A DNA stretch of 64,000 bases from sequence record MW749001.1; one strand, written 5' to 3'. This document shows positions 10,567-21,519 of the stretch, one piece after another. Position 1 is the first letter of the stretch, and each line of letters starts with the position of its first letter. Origin of the DNA: Escherichia phage vB_EcoM_Kelasse. Position numbers and translations under genes: made by a program. The notes beneath the pieces were generated by a model. It did no database searches. It had not been told where the DNA came from and saw nothing but the letters and a program-made list of their open reading frames with translations.

Positions 10567-10809
10567 TTGGAGAAAAAGATGTTACTAGAATTTAAACAAT
10601 TTCTTTATGAAGCTTCTATTGATGAATTTATGGGTAAAATTGCCTCTTGTCAAACATTAGAAGGTCTAGAAGAACTTGAAGCTTATTACAAGAAAAGAGT
10701 TAAAGAAACTGAATTAAAAGATACTGATGACATCTCTGTGAGAGATGCTTTGGCAGGAAAAAGAGCTGAATTAGAAGATTCAGACGATGAAGTAGAAGAA
10801 AGCTTTTAA
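10567..10809 (+). CDS. uvsW.1: small acidic protein (UvsW.1-like)
   Basis: 80 aa immediately downstream of uvsW. Confidence 0.55.
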   Translation: MEKKMLLEFKQFLYEASIDEFMGKIASCQTLEGLEELEAYYKKRVKETELKDTDDISVRDALAGKRAELEDSDDEVEESF

Positions 10810-10864
10810 ATTAAAAAAGGCCCAACCAAAAAGGAAGGGCCAAAACTATAGACTAAAGGTCACA

Positions 10865-11032
10865 CTATAGCAAAAGTTGTGTTTCATTTAATTGTTCTTC
10901 CGAACTTTCTGAAACTGGTAGTTCTTTAATGTAATTATAGCAAGGCCCAGGATGTACAGGACCTTTGTCTGTTTCAACAACCAATGCAGAATCGATTGGA
11001 GTTTTACAGACAACACAAATCTTATCTGACAT
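10865..11032 (-). CDS. hypothetical small Cys-containing protein
   Basis: 55 aa MSDKICVVCKTPIDSALVVETDKGPVHPGPCYNY; below ORF-track size cut-off, hand translated. Confidence 0.4.
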   Translation of the reverse strand: MSDKICVVCKTPIDSALVVETDKGPVHPGPCYNYIKELPVSESSEEQLNETQLLL

Positions 11033-11060
11033 GATTGTCTCCTCTAAATTATATATCTAT

Positions 11061-11285
11061 TTATACAACTCTCATATGCATATCAATGCCCATATCTTTA
11101 GAATAAAAATATTCATCAAGATATCCAGCAAATTTTCCTTTAATATAAAGGACATCTTCACCGCACGGGTGGTCGGCCAGGATACGAATATCCTGACGCT
11201 TAAGATTATGCTTTTTCATTAAGAATTGAATTTCCGTTTCAAATTCTTCTTCATAATTAAAAGCATCATCAATGCTATATCTCAT
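11061..11285 (-). CDS. hypothetical protein
   Basis: 74 aa; start overlaps uvsY stop. Confidence 0.5.
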   Translation of the reverse strand: MRYSIDDAFNYEEEFETEIQFLMKKHNLKRQDIRILADHPCGEDVLYIKGKFAGYLDEYFYSKDMGIDMHMRVV

Positions 11286-11698
11286 TATTTTCCAGCCTCA
11301 AATGCCCGCATGTCTTGAATATGCTTAATAGCAAATCCGCGTGATTTGATAGCATCAAGAGCTCCGCTACAGAAATCCAATAAAATTCCCCAATATTGCA
11401 ATGAAGTATCAACTTTTAAAACATCCTTATCAGCTGATAGAACTGTCTTCATTTCTGATTTCTCATAACGGTCCATACTAAATTCATCACCATCTCCTCG
11501 TCCCGAGTAGTAGTCTAATTTAGCTTTAAGAGCAACTTTTTTCTGTGCGTCAATTCTAAGCATTTCCTTTTTAATACTTGAATGCTTATTAAGCCATTTA
11601 CTATATAACATCACATTATTAGCTGCTTCATACTGTAATTTAGTCGAATCTATAAACACATCTTTCTTCAATTCTTCTTGAAGATCTTCTAATTTCAT
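11285..11698 (-). CDS. uvsY: recombination mediator UvsY
   Basis: 137 aa MKLEDLQEELKKDVFIDSTKLQYEAANNVMLYSKW; MotA-box promoter upstream. Confidence 0.85.
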   Translation of the reverse strand: MKLEDLQEELKKDVFIDSTKLQYEAANNVMLYSKWLNKHSSIKKEMLRIDAQKKVALKAKLDYYSGRGDGDEFSMDRYEKSEMKTVLSADKDVLKVDTSLQYWGILLDFCSGALDAIKSRGFAIKHIQDMRAFEAGK

Positions 11699-11738
11699 AT
11701 TGTTCTCTATTCAATTGTTATTGGATGGACTTAGATTC

Positions 11739-11766
11739 ATTATACCACGTTTATACGTGAAGCATT
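11739..11766 (-). promoter_or_regulatory. MotA-dependent middle promoter (uvsY)
   Basis: Minus strand AATGCTTCA (MotA box) + 13 nt + TATAAT, about 40 nt upstream of uvsY ATG. Confidence 0.55.
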
Positions 11767-12163
11767 ATACTCTGTTACTGGAAGCCAGTTGTAGTTTTAT
11801 CTGCTCAATATCATCAGGGTTATCGATGACTGAAAAGCGTATTTCTACTATCAGAGTATAATCATCATAAACTGGTATTACATTAACTGCTAATTTATCA
11901 ATACGTGGCTCGTAGTTTCTTACTGCGCTTTCAATGTTACGCTCAACAGTATCAGCAGTAAGAGGAGTCATATTCTCAAAAAGCTGATCAGATAAATCGC
12001 ATCCAAATTCTGGGTCAAATGGCCTTGACCCTTTCCTGGTTGTAATAATTCCCAAAAGGCTATTTTTAATTGACCTTAATCCAAGAGATCTGGAAACGTC
12101 TTTGTCCCAATCCATTTTCATTTCTGGGTCAATGTCAGAATAAAGCTTATTAATATTTGCCAT
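11765..12163 (-). CDS. 25: baseplate wedge protein
   Basis: 132 aa [29 protein letters not shown]; coupled to gene 26. Confidence 0.85.
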   Translation of the reverse strand: MANINKLYSDIDPEMKMDWDKDVSRSLGLRSIKNSLLGIITTRKGSRPFDPEFGCDLSDQLFENMTPLTADTVERNIESAVRNYEPRIDKLAVNVIPVYDDYTLIVEIRFSVIDNPDDIEQIKLQLASSNRV

Positions 12164-12789
12164 TACAATAGCTCAAAGAATTCTTTGAGTCCTCTTATTA
12201 CATGAGCGTGAGTTTTTCCACACTCTGGACACTTAATTGGAACAGCCAAATAAACAGTAGGCTTTAAAAGCATATCTTTTATAGCTACAATATCTGACTC
12301 TGTGATGATAGAATATAAATCTTCCAACTCTTTTTCATTTAAGTCTTCAATTGGAATGCTTTCACCGTTAGCATGAATCGTTTCTATACATGATACTATC
12401 ATGTGGGCTATATTTTTATCATCAAAAATTTTAGGGTAATGGAACTTAATTTTAATGTCACCCAGTGTATACCAGAGGTCTTCTGGCGCATCTATTTGTG
12501 TATGTAATAGATTTATATGGGTTGGTATTTCAGTTCCACAGGTGCACTTCCAGGAGTTTTCGTGATTAACTTCTCCAAGAGAATGCGCCCATAAATGAAT
12601 CAGCAGTAGTTCTGATTCTTGGCGGTTTAAATCTTTTGCATTTGTGCAGTCTTTAATTAGCTTTTTAACGATCTCTTCTACTGAACCGTTCTTTTTAGCA
12701 GTAATAAGTTCTAGATATTCTTTAAGAGTAAATGCGCGACAGTTGATTATTTTAGAACCAACTCTCACATCAAATTTGTATTCATACAT
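12163..12789 (-). CDS. 26: baseplate hub subunit
   Basis: 208 aa; divergent from gene 51 across shared late-promoter region. Confidence 0.8.
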   Translation of the reverse strand: MYEYKFDVRVGSKIINCRAFTLKEYLELITAKKNGSVEEIVKKLIKDCTNAKDLNRQESELLLIHLWAHSLGEVNHENSWKCTCGTEIPTHINLLHTQIDAPEDLWYTLGDIKIKFHYPKIFDDKNIAHMIVSCIETIHANGESIPIEDLNEKELEDLYSIITESDIVAIKDMLLKPTVYLAVPIKCPECGKTHAHVIRGLKEFFELL

Positions 12790-12810
12790 ATTTAGCTCCT
12801 TTATTTATCA

Positions 12811-12818
12811 TATTTATA
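12811..12818 (-). promoter_or_regulatory. late promoter TATAAATA (gene 26)
   Basis: Minus-strand TATAAATA in divergent 26/51 intergenic region. Confidence 0.5.
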
Positions 12819-12822
12819 AATA
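12815..12822 (+). promoter_or_regulatory. late promoter TATAAATA (gene 51)
   Basis: Plus-strand TATAAATA overlapping the minus-strand box. Confidence 0.6.
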
Positions 12823-12839
12823 GAATAAAAGGAGCATCT

Positions 12840-13589
12840 ATGGCAAACATTATTCGTTGTAAATTACCAGATGGTGTTCATCGTTTTAAACCATTTACGG
12901 TAGAAGATTATCGAGATTTTTTGTTAGTTCGAAACGATATAGAACATCGGTCACCACAAGAACAAAAAGAAATAATTGCTGATTTAATTGCCGATTATTT
13001 TGGAGACTATCCGAAGACTTGGCAACCATTTATATTTTTGCAGGTATTTGTAGGGTCAATAGGTAAAACTAAAGTACCGGTCACATTTGTATGTCCAAAA
13101 TGTAAAAAAGAAAAGACAGTTCCATTTGAAATATATCAAAAAGAATTAAAGGAACCTGTTTTTGATGTAGCTAATGTTAAAATTAAATTAAAGTTTCCTT
13201 CTGAGTTTTATGAAAATAAAGCAAAGATGATTACTGAAAATATTCATTCTGTTCAAGTAGATGAAACATGGTATGATTGGAAGGAAATTAGCGAATCAAG
13301 TCAAATAGAACTTGTTGATGCCATCGAGATAGAAACATTAGAAAAAATTCTCGATGCAATGAATCCTATTAATTTAACATTGCATATGTCATGCTGTAAT
13401 AAGTATGTAAAAAAATACACTGATATAGTAGATGTGTTTAAGCTATTAGTTAACCCAGATGAAATATTTACTTTTTATCAAATCAATCACACGCTCGTAA
13501 AAAGTAATTATAGCTTAAATTCAATAATGAAAATGATTCCTGCCGAGCGCGGATTCGTATTAAAACTGATTGAGAAGGATAAACAATAA
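12840..13589 (+). CDS. 51: baseplate hub assembly protein
   Basis: 249 aa; TATAAATA upstream; precedes 27. Confidence 0.8.
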   Translation: MANIIRCKLPDGVHRFKPFTVEDYRDFLLVRNDIEHRSPQEQKEIIADLIADYFGDYPKTWQPFIFLQVFVGSIGKTKVPVTFVCPKCKKEKTVPFEIYQKELKEPVFDVANVKIKLKFPSEFYENKAKMITENIHSVQVDETWYDWKEISESSQIELVDAIEIETLEKILDAMNPINLTLHMSCCNKYVKKYTDIVDVFKLLVNPDEIFTFYQINHTLVKSNYSLNSIMKMIPAERGFVLKLIEKDKQ

Positions 13590-14764
13590 TGAGTATGTTG
13601 CAACGCCCAGGATATCCAAATCTCAGCGTTAAATTATTTGATAGCTACGACGCTTGGAGTAATAATAGATTTGTTGAATTAGCTGCTACTATTACCACAT
13701 TAACTATGCGGGATTCTCTTTATGGCCGAAATGAAGGAATGCTGCAGTTTTATGATTCTAAAAATATCCATACAAAAATGGATGGAAATGAAATAATTCA
13801 GATTTCTGTAGCTAATGCAAACGATATTAATAATGTTAAAACACGAATTTATGGATGTAAGCATTTTTCAGTGTCAGTAGATTCAAAGGGTGATAACATC
13901 ATTGCTATTGAATTGGGAACTATTCATTCTATAGAAAATCTTAAATTTGGCAGACCGTTTTTCTCTGATGCAGGTGAATCTATAAAGGAAATGCTTGGTG
14001 TCATTTATCAGGATCGCACATTATTAACTCCAGCAATAAATGCTATAAATGCTTATGTTCCTGATATTCCATGGACTAGCACATTTGAAAACTATTTGTC
14101 ATATGTAAGAGAAGTTGCTCTAGCTGTAGGAAGCGACAAATTTGTATTTGTATGGCAAGACATCATGGGCGTTAACATGATGGACTATGATATGATGATA
14201 AATCAAGAACCATATCCAATGATTGTTGGCGAGCCATCTTTAATAGGTCAATTCATCCAAGAATTAAAATACCCATTAGCATATGATTTCGTTTGGTTGA
14301 CTAAATCGAATCCTCATAAACGCGACCCAATGAAAAATGCTACTATCTATGCTCATTCATTTTTAGATTCTTCATTACCAATGATTACTACAGGAAAGGG
14401 CGAAAACTCTATTGTAGTGTCAAGGTCAGGTGCTTATTCTGAAATGACTTATAGGAATGGTTATGAAGAAGCTATTCGTCTTCAGACTATGGCGCAATAC
14501 GATGGCTATGCTAAATGTTCTACTGTCGGTAATTTTAACTTGACTCCTGGCGTTAAAATTATTTTTAATGATAGTAAAAACCAATTTAAAACAGAATTTT
14601 ACGTTGATGAAGTTATCCATGAATTATCTAATAATAATTCAGTAACTCATCTATATATGTTCACTAATGCAACGAAACTGGAAACAATAGACCCAGTTAA
14701 GGTTAAAAATGAATTTAAATCTGATACTACCACTGAAGAAAGTAGTTCTTCCAATAAGCAATAA
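13589..14764 (+). CDS. 27: baseplate hub subunit
   Basis: 391 aa [30 protein letters not shown]; synteny 51-27-28-29. Confidence 0.85.
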   Translation: MSMLQRPGYPNLSVKLFDSYDAWSNNRFVELAATITTLTMRDSLYGRNEGMLQFYDSKNIHTKMDGNEIIQISVANANDINNVKTRIYGCKHFSVSVDSKGDNIIAIELGTIHSIENLKFGRPFFSDAGESIKEMLGVIYQDRTLLTPAINAINAYVPDIPWTSTFENYLSYVREVALAVGSDKFVFVWQDIMGVNMMDYDMMINQEPYPMIVGEPSLIGQFIQELKYPLAYDFVWLTKSNPHKRDPMKNATIYAHSFLDSSLPMITTGKGENSIVVSRSGAYSEMTYRNGYEEAIRLQTMAQYDGYAKCSTVGNFNLTPGVKIIFNDSKNQFKTEFYVDEVIHELSNNNSVTHLYMFTNATKLETIDPVKVKNEFKSDTTTEESSSSNKQ

Positions 14765-15242
14765 AGAAGTTTCTATTCCTAAAATGGGTCTTAAACATTA
14801 TAACATTTTAAAAGATGTTAAAGGTCCTGATGAAAATTTAAAACTTCTTATTGATTCTATTTGTCCGAATTTATCACCGGCAGAAGTTGATTTCGTTTCT
14901 ATTCATTTATTGGAATTTAATGGAAAGATTAAATCTCGTAAAGAAATAGATGGTTATACTTATGACATTAATGATGTTTATGTGTGCCAAAGATTAGAAT
15001 TTCAATACCAAGGAAATACATTTTATTTTAGACCGCCTGGAAAATTTGAACAATTTTTAACTGTGAGCGATATGTTATCCAAATGCTTGCTTAAGGTCAA
15101 TGATGAAGTTAAAGAAATTAATTTTCTTGAGATGCCAGCATTCGTTTTAAAATGGGCAAATGATATTTTTACAACTTTAGCAATTCCTGGCCCTAATGGT
15201 CCAATAACTGGAATTGGTAATATTATTGGATTATTTGAATGA
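14709..15242 (+). CDS. 28: baseplate hub distal subunit
   Basis: 177 aa; overlaps 3' end of 27 and start of 29. Confidence 0.75.
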   Translation: MNLNLILPLKKVVLPISNKEVSIPKMGLKHYNILKDVKGPDENLKLLIDSICPNLSPAEVDFVSIHLLEFNGKIKSRKEIDGYTYDINDVYVCQRLEFQYQGNTFYFRPPGKFEQFLTVSDMLSKCLLKVNDEVKEINFLEMPAFVLKWANDIFTTLAIPGPNGPITGIGNIIGLFE

Positions 15243-17011
15243 AAAAGCCACAAGAAATGCAAACGATGCGTAGAAAAGTTATTTCAGATAATAAACCAAC
15301 ACAGGAAGCGGCTAAATCCGCTTCCAACACTTTATCTGGGCTTAACGATATATCTACGAAATTGGATGATGCTCAAGCTGCTTCTGAATTAATTGCTCAA
15401 ACTGTCGAAGAAAAATCGAATGAAATAATTGGAGCAATTGACAATGTAGAAAGCGCAGTGAGTGATACTACTGCTGGTTCTGAGTTAATTGCTGAAACTG
15501 TTGAAATTGGCAACAATATTAATAAAGAAATCGGTGAATCACTCGGGAGCAAATTAGATAAATTAACAAGTTTATTAGAACAAAAAATTCAGACAGCTGG
15601 AATTCAACAAACAGGAACCAGTTTAGCCACGGTTGAAAGCGCTATTCCTGTTAAAGTTGTTGAGGATGATACAGCTGAATCTGTGGGTCCTTTATTACCG
15701 GCCCCTGAAGCAGTTAATAATGATCCTGACGCTGATTTTTTCCCTACCCCTCAGCCAGTTGAACCCAAACAAGAATCGCCAGAAGAAAAACAGAAAAAAG
15801 AAGCATTTAACTTAAAATTATCTCAAGCTTTAGATAAATTAACGAAGACTGTTGATTTCGGATTTAAAAAATCCATTTCAATTACTGATAAAATATCAAG
15901 CATGTTATTTAAGTACACCATCAGTGCTGCTATTGAAGCTGCTAAAATGACTGCAATGATATTGGCTGTTGTTGTTGGAATAGACCTGTTGATGGTTCAT
16001 TTTAAATACTGGTCAGATAAATTTTCAAAAGCCTGGGATTTATTTAATACTGACTTTACTAAATTCTCTAGCGAAACCGGAACATGGGGTCCTTTATTAC
16101 AGAGCATCTTTGATTCTATTGATAAAATTAAACAACTTTGGGAAGCGGGAGATTGGGGTGGATTGACAGCAGCTATTGTTGAAGGACTCGGAAGTGTTCT
16201 TTTTAATTTAGGTGAACTTATTCAATTAGGTATGGCTAAATTATCTGCAGCAATTCTTCGAGTCATTCCTGGTATGAAGGATACTGCTGATGAAGTAGAA
16301 GGAAGAGCATTAGAAAATTTCCAAAATTCTACTGGAGCATCTCTCAATAAAGAAGACCAGGAAAAAGTTGCAAATTATCAAGATAAACGAATGAACGGAG
16401 ACCTTGGTCCGATAGCAAAAGGATTAGATAAAATTGCTAATTGGAAAACTCGTGCATCTAATTGGATTCGTGGGGTTGATAATAAAGAAGCACTAACTAC
16501 CGACGAAGAACGTGCAGCAGAAGAAGAAAAATTAAAGCAACTTTCACCTGAAGAAAGAAAAAATGCTTTAATGAAGGCTAATGAAGCCCGTGCCGCAATG
16601 ATTCGCTTTGAAAAATATGCTGATTCAGCTGATATGAGTAAAGACTCAACGGTTAAATCTGTTGAATCTGCCTATGAAGACCTTAAAAAACGGATGGATG
16701 ACCCGGATTTAAATAATTCACCGGCAGTTAAAAAAGAACTTGCTGCTAGATTTTCTAAAATTGATGCTACTTATCAAGAGCTCAAGAAAAATCAGCCTAA
16801 TGCCAAACCTGAAACTTCTGCTAAATCGCCAGAAGCAAAACAAGTCCAGGTAATAGAAAAGAACAAAGCACAGCAAGCTCCTGTTCAACAAGCATCTCCT
16901 TCAATCAACAATACTAATAATGTTATTAAGAAAAATACTGTCGTTCATAATATGACACCTGTCACAAGCACAACTGCTCCTGGTGTATTTGATGCGACTG
17001 GGGTTAATTAA
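15239..17011 (+). CDS. 29: baseplate hub subunit / tail length determinator
   Basis: 590 aa, extended alpha-helical low-complexity protein; start overlaps gene 28 stop (ATGA). Confidence 0.85.
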   Translation: MKKPQEMQTMRRKVISDNKPTQEAAKSASNTLSGLNDISTKLDDAQAASELIAQTVEEKSNEIIGAIDNVESAVSDTTAGSELIAETVEIGNNINKEIGESLGSKLDKLTSLLEQKIQTAGIQQTGTSLATVESAIPVKVVEDDTAESVGPLLPAPEAVNNDPDADFFPTPQPVEPKQESPEEKQKKEAFNLKLSQALDKLTKTVDFGFKKSISITDKISSMLFKYTISAAIEAAKMTAMILAVVVGIDLLMVHFKYWSDKFSKAWDLFNTDFTKFSSETGTWGPLLQSIFDSIDKIKQLWEAGDWGGLTAAIVEGLGSVLFNLGELIQLGMAKLSAAILRVIPGMKDTADEVEGRALENFQNSTGASLNKEDQEKVANYQDKRMNGDLGPIAKGLDKIANWKTRASNWIRGVDNKEALTTDEERAAEEEKLKQLSPEERKNALMKANEARAAMIRFEKYADSADMSKDSTVKSVESAYEDLKKRMDDPDLNNSPAVKKELAARFSKIDATYQELKKNQPNAKPETSAKSPEAKQVQVIEKNKAQQAPVQQASPSINNTNNVIKKNTVVHNMTPVTSTTAPGVFDATGVN

Positions 17012-17019
17012 GGAATAAT

Positions 17020-18114
17020 ATGGCAATTGTTAAAGAAATAACTGCTGATTTAATTAAAAAGTCCGGTGAGAAAATTTCAGCCGGACAGAGTACTAAATCA
17101 GAAGTAGGAACTAAAACATACACAGCCCAGTTTCCAACTGGGCGTGCTAGTGGTAATGACACTACAGGGGACTTCCAGGTAACAGATCTATATAAGAATG
17201 GATTATTATTTACTGCATACAATATGTCATCTAGGGATTCTGGAAGTCTTAGATCGATGAGATCTAACTACTCTTCTTCATCTTCGAGTATTTTACGTAC
17301 AGCCAGAAACACTATCAGTAATACAGTATCAAAACTGTCAAATGGATTAATATCAGATAATAATTCAGGAACAATAAGTAAAGCCCCTGTTGCAAATATT
17401 CTTTTACCAAGATCTAAATCCGATGTTGATACATCATCACATAGATTTAATGATGTTCAAGAAAGTCTTATCAGCAGAGGCGGAGGTACTGCTACTGGTG
17501 TGCTAAGTAATATTGCTTCAACTGCAGTATTTGGAGCACTGGAAAGTATAACACAAGGTATAATGGCTGATAATAATGAACAAATATACACTACGGCTCG
17601 AAGTATGTATGGTGGTGCTGAAAATAGAACTAAAGTGTTTACTTGGGATTTGACTCCACGTTCAACAGAAGATTTAATGGCTATTATTAATATCTATCAA
17701 TATTTTAACTATTTTTCTTATGGTGAAACTGGTAAATCTCAATATGCTGCTGAAATAAAGGGGTATTTAGATGATTGGTATCGTTCTACGTTAATTGAAC
17801 CTTTATCTCCGGAAGACGCAGCTAAAAATAAAACACTATTTGAGAAAATGACATCGAGTTTAACTAACGTTCTAGTAGTTTCAAACCCGACAATTTGGAT
17901 GGTGAAAAACTTTGGTGCAACATCTAAGTTTGATGGAAAAACGGAAATATTTGGCCCATGCCAAATACAAAGCATCAGATTTGATAAAACACCTAATGGT
18001 AACTTTAACGGATTAGCTATTGCTCCAAACCTCCCTAGTACATTTACTCTTGAGATTACTATGAGAGAAATTATCACGTTAAACCGTGCTTCTTTATATG
18101 CGGGGACTTTTTAA
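17020..18114 (+). CDS. 48: baseplate tail tube cap
   Basis: 364 aa MAIVKEITADLIKKSGEKISAGQ; synteny. Confidence 0.85.
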   Translation: MAIVKEITADLIKKSGEKISAGQSTKSEVGTKTYTAQFPTGRASGNDTTGDFQVTDLYKNGLLFTAYNMSSRDSGSLRSMRSNYSSSSSSILRTARNTISNTVSKLSNGLISDNNSGTISKAPVANILLPRSKSDVDTSSHRFNDVQESLISRGGGTATGVLSNIASTAVFGALESITQGIMADNNEQIYTTARSMYGGAENRTKVFTWDLTPRSTEDLMAIINIYQYFNYFSYGETGKSQYAAEIKGYLDDWYRSTLIEPLSPEDAAKNKTLFEKMTSSLTNVLVVSNPTIWMVKNFGATSKFDGKTEIFGPCQIQSIRFDKTPNGNFNGLAIAPNLPSTFTLEITMREIITLNRASLYAGTF

Positions 18115-19079
18115 TGTATTCTTTAGAGGAATTTAATAATCAAGCAATAAACGCAGATTTCCAACGTAATAATATGTTTAGCTGCGTTTTTGCGACAACT
18201 CCATCAACTAAAAGCTCTTCGTTGATAAGTTCAATTAGCAACTTTTCTTATAATAACTTGGGCCTAAATTCAGATTGGTTAGGATTGACTCAAGGTGATA
18301 TTAATCAGGGAATTACCACGCTAATTACTGCTGGCACACAAAAACTGATAAGAAAATCAGGGGTTAGTAAATATCTTATTGGTGCCATGAGTCAACGTAC
18401 AGTTCAAAGTTTATTAGGCTCATTTACAGTTGGTACATATTTAATTGACTTCTTTAACATGGCATATAACTCATCTGGATTGATGATATATTCTGTAAAA
18501 ATGCCAGAGAATAGATTATCCTATGAAACTGACTGGAACTACAATTCTCCTAATATTCGCATAACCGGGAGAGAATTAGACCCTTTGGTTATTTCATTTA
18601 GAATGGATTCAGAAGCTTGTAACTATCGTGCAATGCAAGACTGGGTTAACTCCGTTCAAGACCCAGTAACTGGATTACGCGCTTTACCGCAAGATGTCGA
18701 GGCAGATATTCAGGTTAATCTTCATTCTCGTAATGGATTGCCTCATACTGCGGTGATGTTCACCGGATGCATTCCAGTGTCAGTGAGCGCTCCTGAGTTA
18801 TCATATGATGGAGATAACCAAATAACTACATTTGATGTTACTTTTGCGTATAGAGTGATGCAGGCTGGAGCAGTTGATAGGCAAGCTGCGCTTGAATGGC
18901 TTGAATCTGCTGCTATAAATGGTATTCAAAGCGTTCTCGGAAATAGTGGAGGTGTTACTGGACTATCTAATTCGCTTTCACGACTCAGTAGATTAGGGGG
19001 AACTGCAGGAAGCATTTCAAACATTAATACTATGACAGGAATTGTCAATTCGCAAAGTAAAATATTAGGAGCAATATAA
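18114..19079 (+). CDS. 54: baseplate tail tube initiator
   Basis: 321 aa MYSLEEFNNQAINADFQRNNMFSCVFATTP; terminator hairpin downstream. Confidence 0.85.
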   Translation: MYSLEEFNNQAINADFQRNNMFSCVFATTPSTKSSSLISSISNFSYNNLGLNSDWLGLTQGDINQGITTLITAGTQKLIRKSGVSKYLIGAMSQRTVQSLLGSFTVGTYLIDFFNMAYNSSGLMIYSVKMPENRLSYETDWNYNSPNIRITGRELDPLVISFRMDSEACNYRAMQDWVNSVQDPVTGLRALPQDVEADIQVNLHSRNGLPHTAVMFTGCIPVSVSAPELSYDGDNQITTFDVTFAYRVMQAGAVDRQAALEWLESAAINGIQSVLGNSGGVTGLSNSLSRLSRLGGTAGSISNINTMTGIVNSQSKILGAI

Positions 19080-19083
19080 CAAT

Positions 19084-19101
19084 GGGGACCGAAAGGTCCC
19101 C
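19084..19101. terminator. bidirectional terminator between gene 54 and minus-strand ORF
   Basis: GGGGACC-GAAA-GGTCCCC followed by ATATTTTTATTT. Confidence 0.65.
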
Positions 19102-19107
19102 ATATTT

Positions 19108-19398
19108 TTATTTACGGAATGAAATAAAAGCAGCAACTGAAGCAACTAAACTGTCTTCAATATAAACCTCAATTTTTACCGGAGCTTCTGACTCAAATTT
19201 ACCTGTTACTACACCTTGGAAAATACTTTCAGTCTGTTCTGGCTTTGAAAAATTTTCAGAAGGAAAAATTCCGAACTTTTTATCTGTTCCAAAAATTTTG
19301 ATAAATTCATCGTAAACTGCTTCATTAAAAGCATTATCAGCAGGAATAACGCCTTCAACTACAAGTTCTTGACCTAAAAAGCGCAAAGAAGATTTCAT
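19108..19398 (-). CDS. hypothetical protein downstream of alt
   Basis: 96 aa ORF with GAGGA SD; driven by repeated early-promoter cassette. Confidence 0.5.
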   Translation of the reverse strand: MKSSLRFLGQELVVEGVIPADNAFNEAVYDEFIKIFGTDKKFGIFPSENFSKPEQTESIFQGVVTGKFESEAPVKIEVYIEDSLVASVAAFISFRK

Positions 19399-19429
19399 TT
19401 TGTGTTCCTCATGTTATGTCAGTAAGACT

Positions 19430-19459
19430 ACTATAACACAACACGAGGGACTTGTAAAC
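19430..19459 (-). promoter_or_regulatory. early promoter (GTTTAC -35, 18-nt spacer, TATAGT -10)
   Basis: Minus strand GTTTAC-N18-TATAGT then leader with GAGGA SD; part of a 54-bp exact repeat. Confidence 0.5.
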
Positions 19460-21516
19460 TACATTTTGAACTTTTTAGACATTCCGTTGATGTTAACCAA
19501 AGAAGCCAAGATTTGAGAAACTTCGTTTTCCTCTTCTTTTGATTCTTCTACAAGGAATTGATTAAATCCAGCCATTGGACGAACTTCACCAGTTTCCATT
19601 AGATGGTCGCCATCATATACCGATTCCTCTAATTGTTCAGAAGGAGGAACGATTGTACCTTCTATTAGATACTTGTTATAAGCAGTTTCTTTCATAAAGT
19701 ACGTGCTCACTTTATTAATCTTCAGTAAAATTCCACGCGGTAGAATAACTTCAGCTTCTGATGGAAATCCTGATAAATGACCTGGAACGATAACTTTGAT
19801 TCGCTCAGCTCCTTTAATTACCATACCCACGCTAGTTTCAGCATCTTCATTAGCATATGTAGAATGACTACCCATATGCATCAAATCTTCTGCATCAACG
19901 GAACCTTCTCCTTCGCCAGAAAATACTGCGCCGGAATCATCTAGAGCCATATAGTTTTTACCATGCTCACCGAAGATATTTGGTTTAAGCGATGTGGATA
20001 CGAAGTTCTTGAAATAGAACATTTTATTTTCAATGTTATGACGCAAAGTTTTAAAGGTAACTTCTTGTCCACGGTAAAGTGTAGTTCCTGGAGGAAGAAC
20101 TGAACCTTTAGCGAATGCAGAATCAAGCGTCTCAATATGTTTAATAGCTCGTTCCATATATTCTTCACGGGTAGAATCTGGTTTACCCAAAAGGAACGAG
20201 TTCATTTCAACATATGAATCTGCACAATAATCTTCAATTACATCAGACTCAGCCTGAGTTAATCCTTTTGGAGTTACTTCAGTACTTGCATATTCATATG
20301 CCTGAGCGGCAGATTCATTAATCAATTTATAAATGCCATTCATGACAAATTGAATAATAGCTGTCTTTTCATCTGGTGTAGCTTTAGAACCTTTAACTAA
20401 ATCATTGATAATTTTCTTAATAACATCAAAGCTATTAGAAATATTAATGTCAGCAAGATCGCTTAAAATTTTATCAGTTTTATAATCAAAGAATTCTTTA
20501 TTCTTTAAATATTCTTGAGAACCTTGATATGTTATATCGCTCTGCAGCTTGATAGATGGATCGCGTAAACGTGCATGGGCCAATGCAATATGATTTCGGA
20601 AGTTTTCTAGTTCATAATCGTTAGATTTAAAACGAGAAGCACTTCTCATACCACCGATAGCTCCTTTGCTAAAGTTTGAACCAATCTGAATAACGCCAGA
20701 GTTCATCGGACCTTCTGCTTTATATACCGGAACTTTAGATTCAAACTCTTGATATTTCTTAGCAGCGAAGCTATCACCCTGAAGTGAAGCATCAACAGTA
20801 GAATATTGAGCTTGTGCTGCTAATCGACGACTAATTTTAGTTTTCTGAATAACAGCTTGATCCGTGCGCTTATCATTTTCTAAAGCAATAGAAGCAGCAA
20901 CAGCGACAGCTTTAGGAACAGCATTACCTGTTTTAACGTCTACATAAACATCACCAACCTTTGATTCAACTTTTGTGAATAACTCAGTTGAAATAGGAGG
21001 TACACCTGGAATGTCTTCTAAATTGGCATTTTTACGGTAAACCATAATATATGCATATTTCTTATCATAGTCCCAGATTTCCTTTAAAAGAACATATCGA
21101 CCTGCTCCTTTAGTACGTACTAAACGGTCAGCAATAACTTGCATTTGACGAGCTGCGCCATTTGTTTTACTCTTTAGTACGCGGAATAAGCATGCATCAA
21201 TTTTATACTGTTTCATTGTTTGAAGAGCAGTATCAAAAACAGCATTAATGACGCCAATTGGATTTCCACCCAAGTTTTTAAGCTTAACTAATGATAGTTT
21301 CTCATTAACACCTATCATTACGATATGCATCATTTTGTCGCCTGGCTTAACGTTTTTATTCGTATCACCGCCAGAGGTGTATGTACAAAATCTAAATCCA
21401 GGAAGCACGCTTTCTTCACCGGCTTGAATAGCAAAAATTTGTGGTATTTTATGCTTAGGATTTAAGTTAACAACCGGCGCCGAAGCGCCGTCAAATAATT
21501 CTGTAATAAGTTCCAT
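19459..21516 (-). CDS. Alt-like mono-ADP-ribosyltransferase, paralog 2
   Basis: 685 aa; N-term MELITELFD...; R-S-E motifs LYRGQ / FVSTSL / EAEVILPRG; SD 3 nt after paralog 1 stop. Confidence 0.8.
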   Translation of the reverse strand: MELITELFDGASAPVVNLNPKHKIPQIFAIQAGEESVLPGFRFCTYTSGGDTNKNVKPGDKMMHIVMIGVNEKLSLVKLKNLGGNPIGVINAVFDTALQTMKQYKIDACLFRVLKSKTNGAARQMQVIADRLVRTKGAGRYVLLKEIWDYDKKYAYIMVYRKNANLEDIPGVPPISTELFTKVESKVGDVYVDVKTGNAVPKAVAVAASIALENDKRTDQAVIQKTKISRRLAAQAQYSTVDASLQGDSFAAKKYQEFESKVPVYKAEGPMNSGVIQIGSNFSKGAIGGMRSASRFKSNDYELENFRNHIALAHARLRDPSIKLQSDITYQGSQEYLKNKEFFDYKTDKILSDLADINISNSFDVIKKIINDLVKGSKATPDEKTAIIQFVMNGIYKLINESAAQAYEYASTEVTPKGLTQAESDVIEDYCADSYVEMNSFLLGKPDSTREEYMERAIKHIETLDSAFAKGSVLPPGTTLYRGQEVTFKTLRHNIENKMFYFKNFVSTSLKPNIFGEHGKNYMALDDSGAVFSGEGEGSVDAEDLMHMGSHSTYANEDAETSVGMVIKGAERIKVIVPGHLSGFPSEAEVILPRGILLKINKVSTYFMKETAYNKYLIEGTIVPPSEQLEESVYDGDHLMETGEVRPMAGFNQFLVEESKEEENEVSQILASLVNINGMSKKFKM

Positions 21517-21519
21517 GAT

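Noticed and set aside
10965-11222. Plus-strand 85-aa ORF in the uvsW.1-uvsY interval
   Set aside because: Overlaps minus-strand ORFs with better coding context; AT-rich low-complexity translation.
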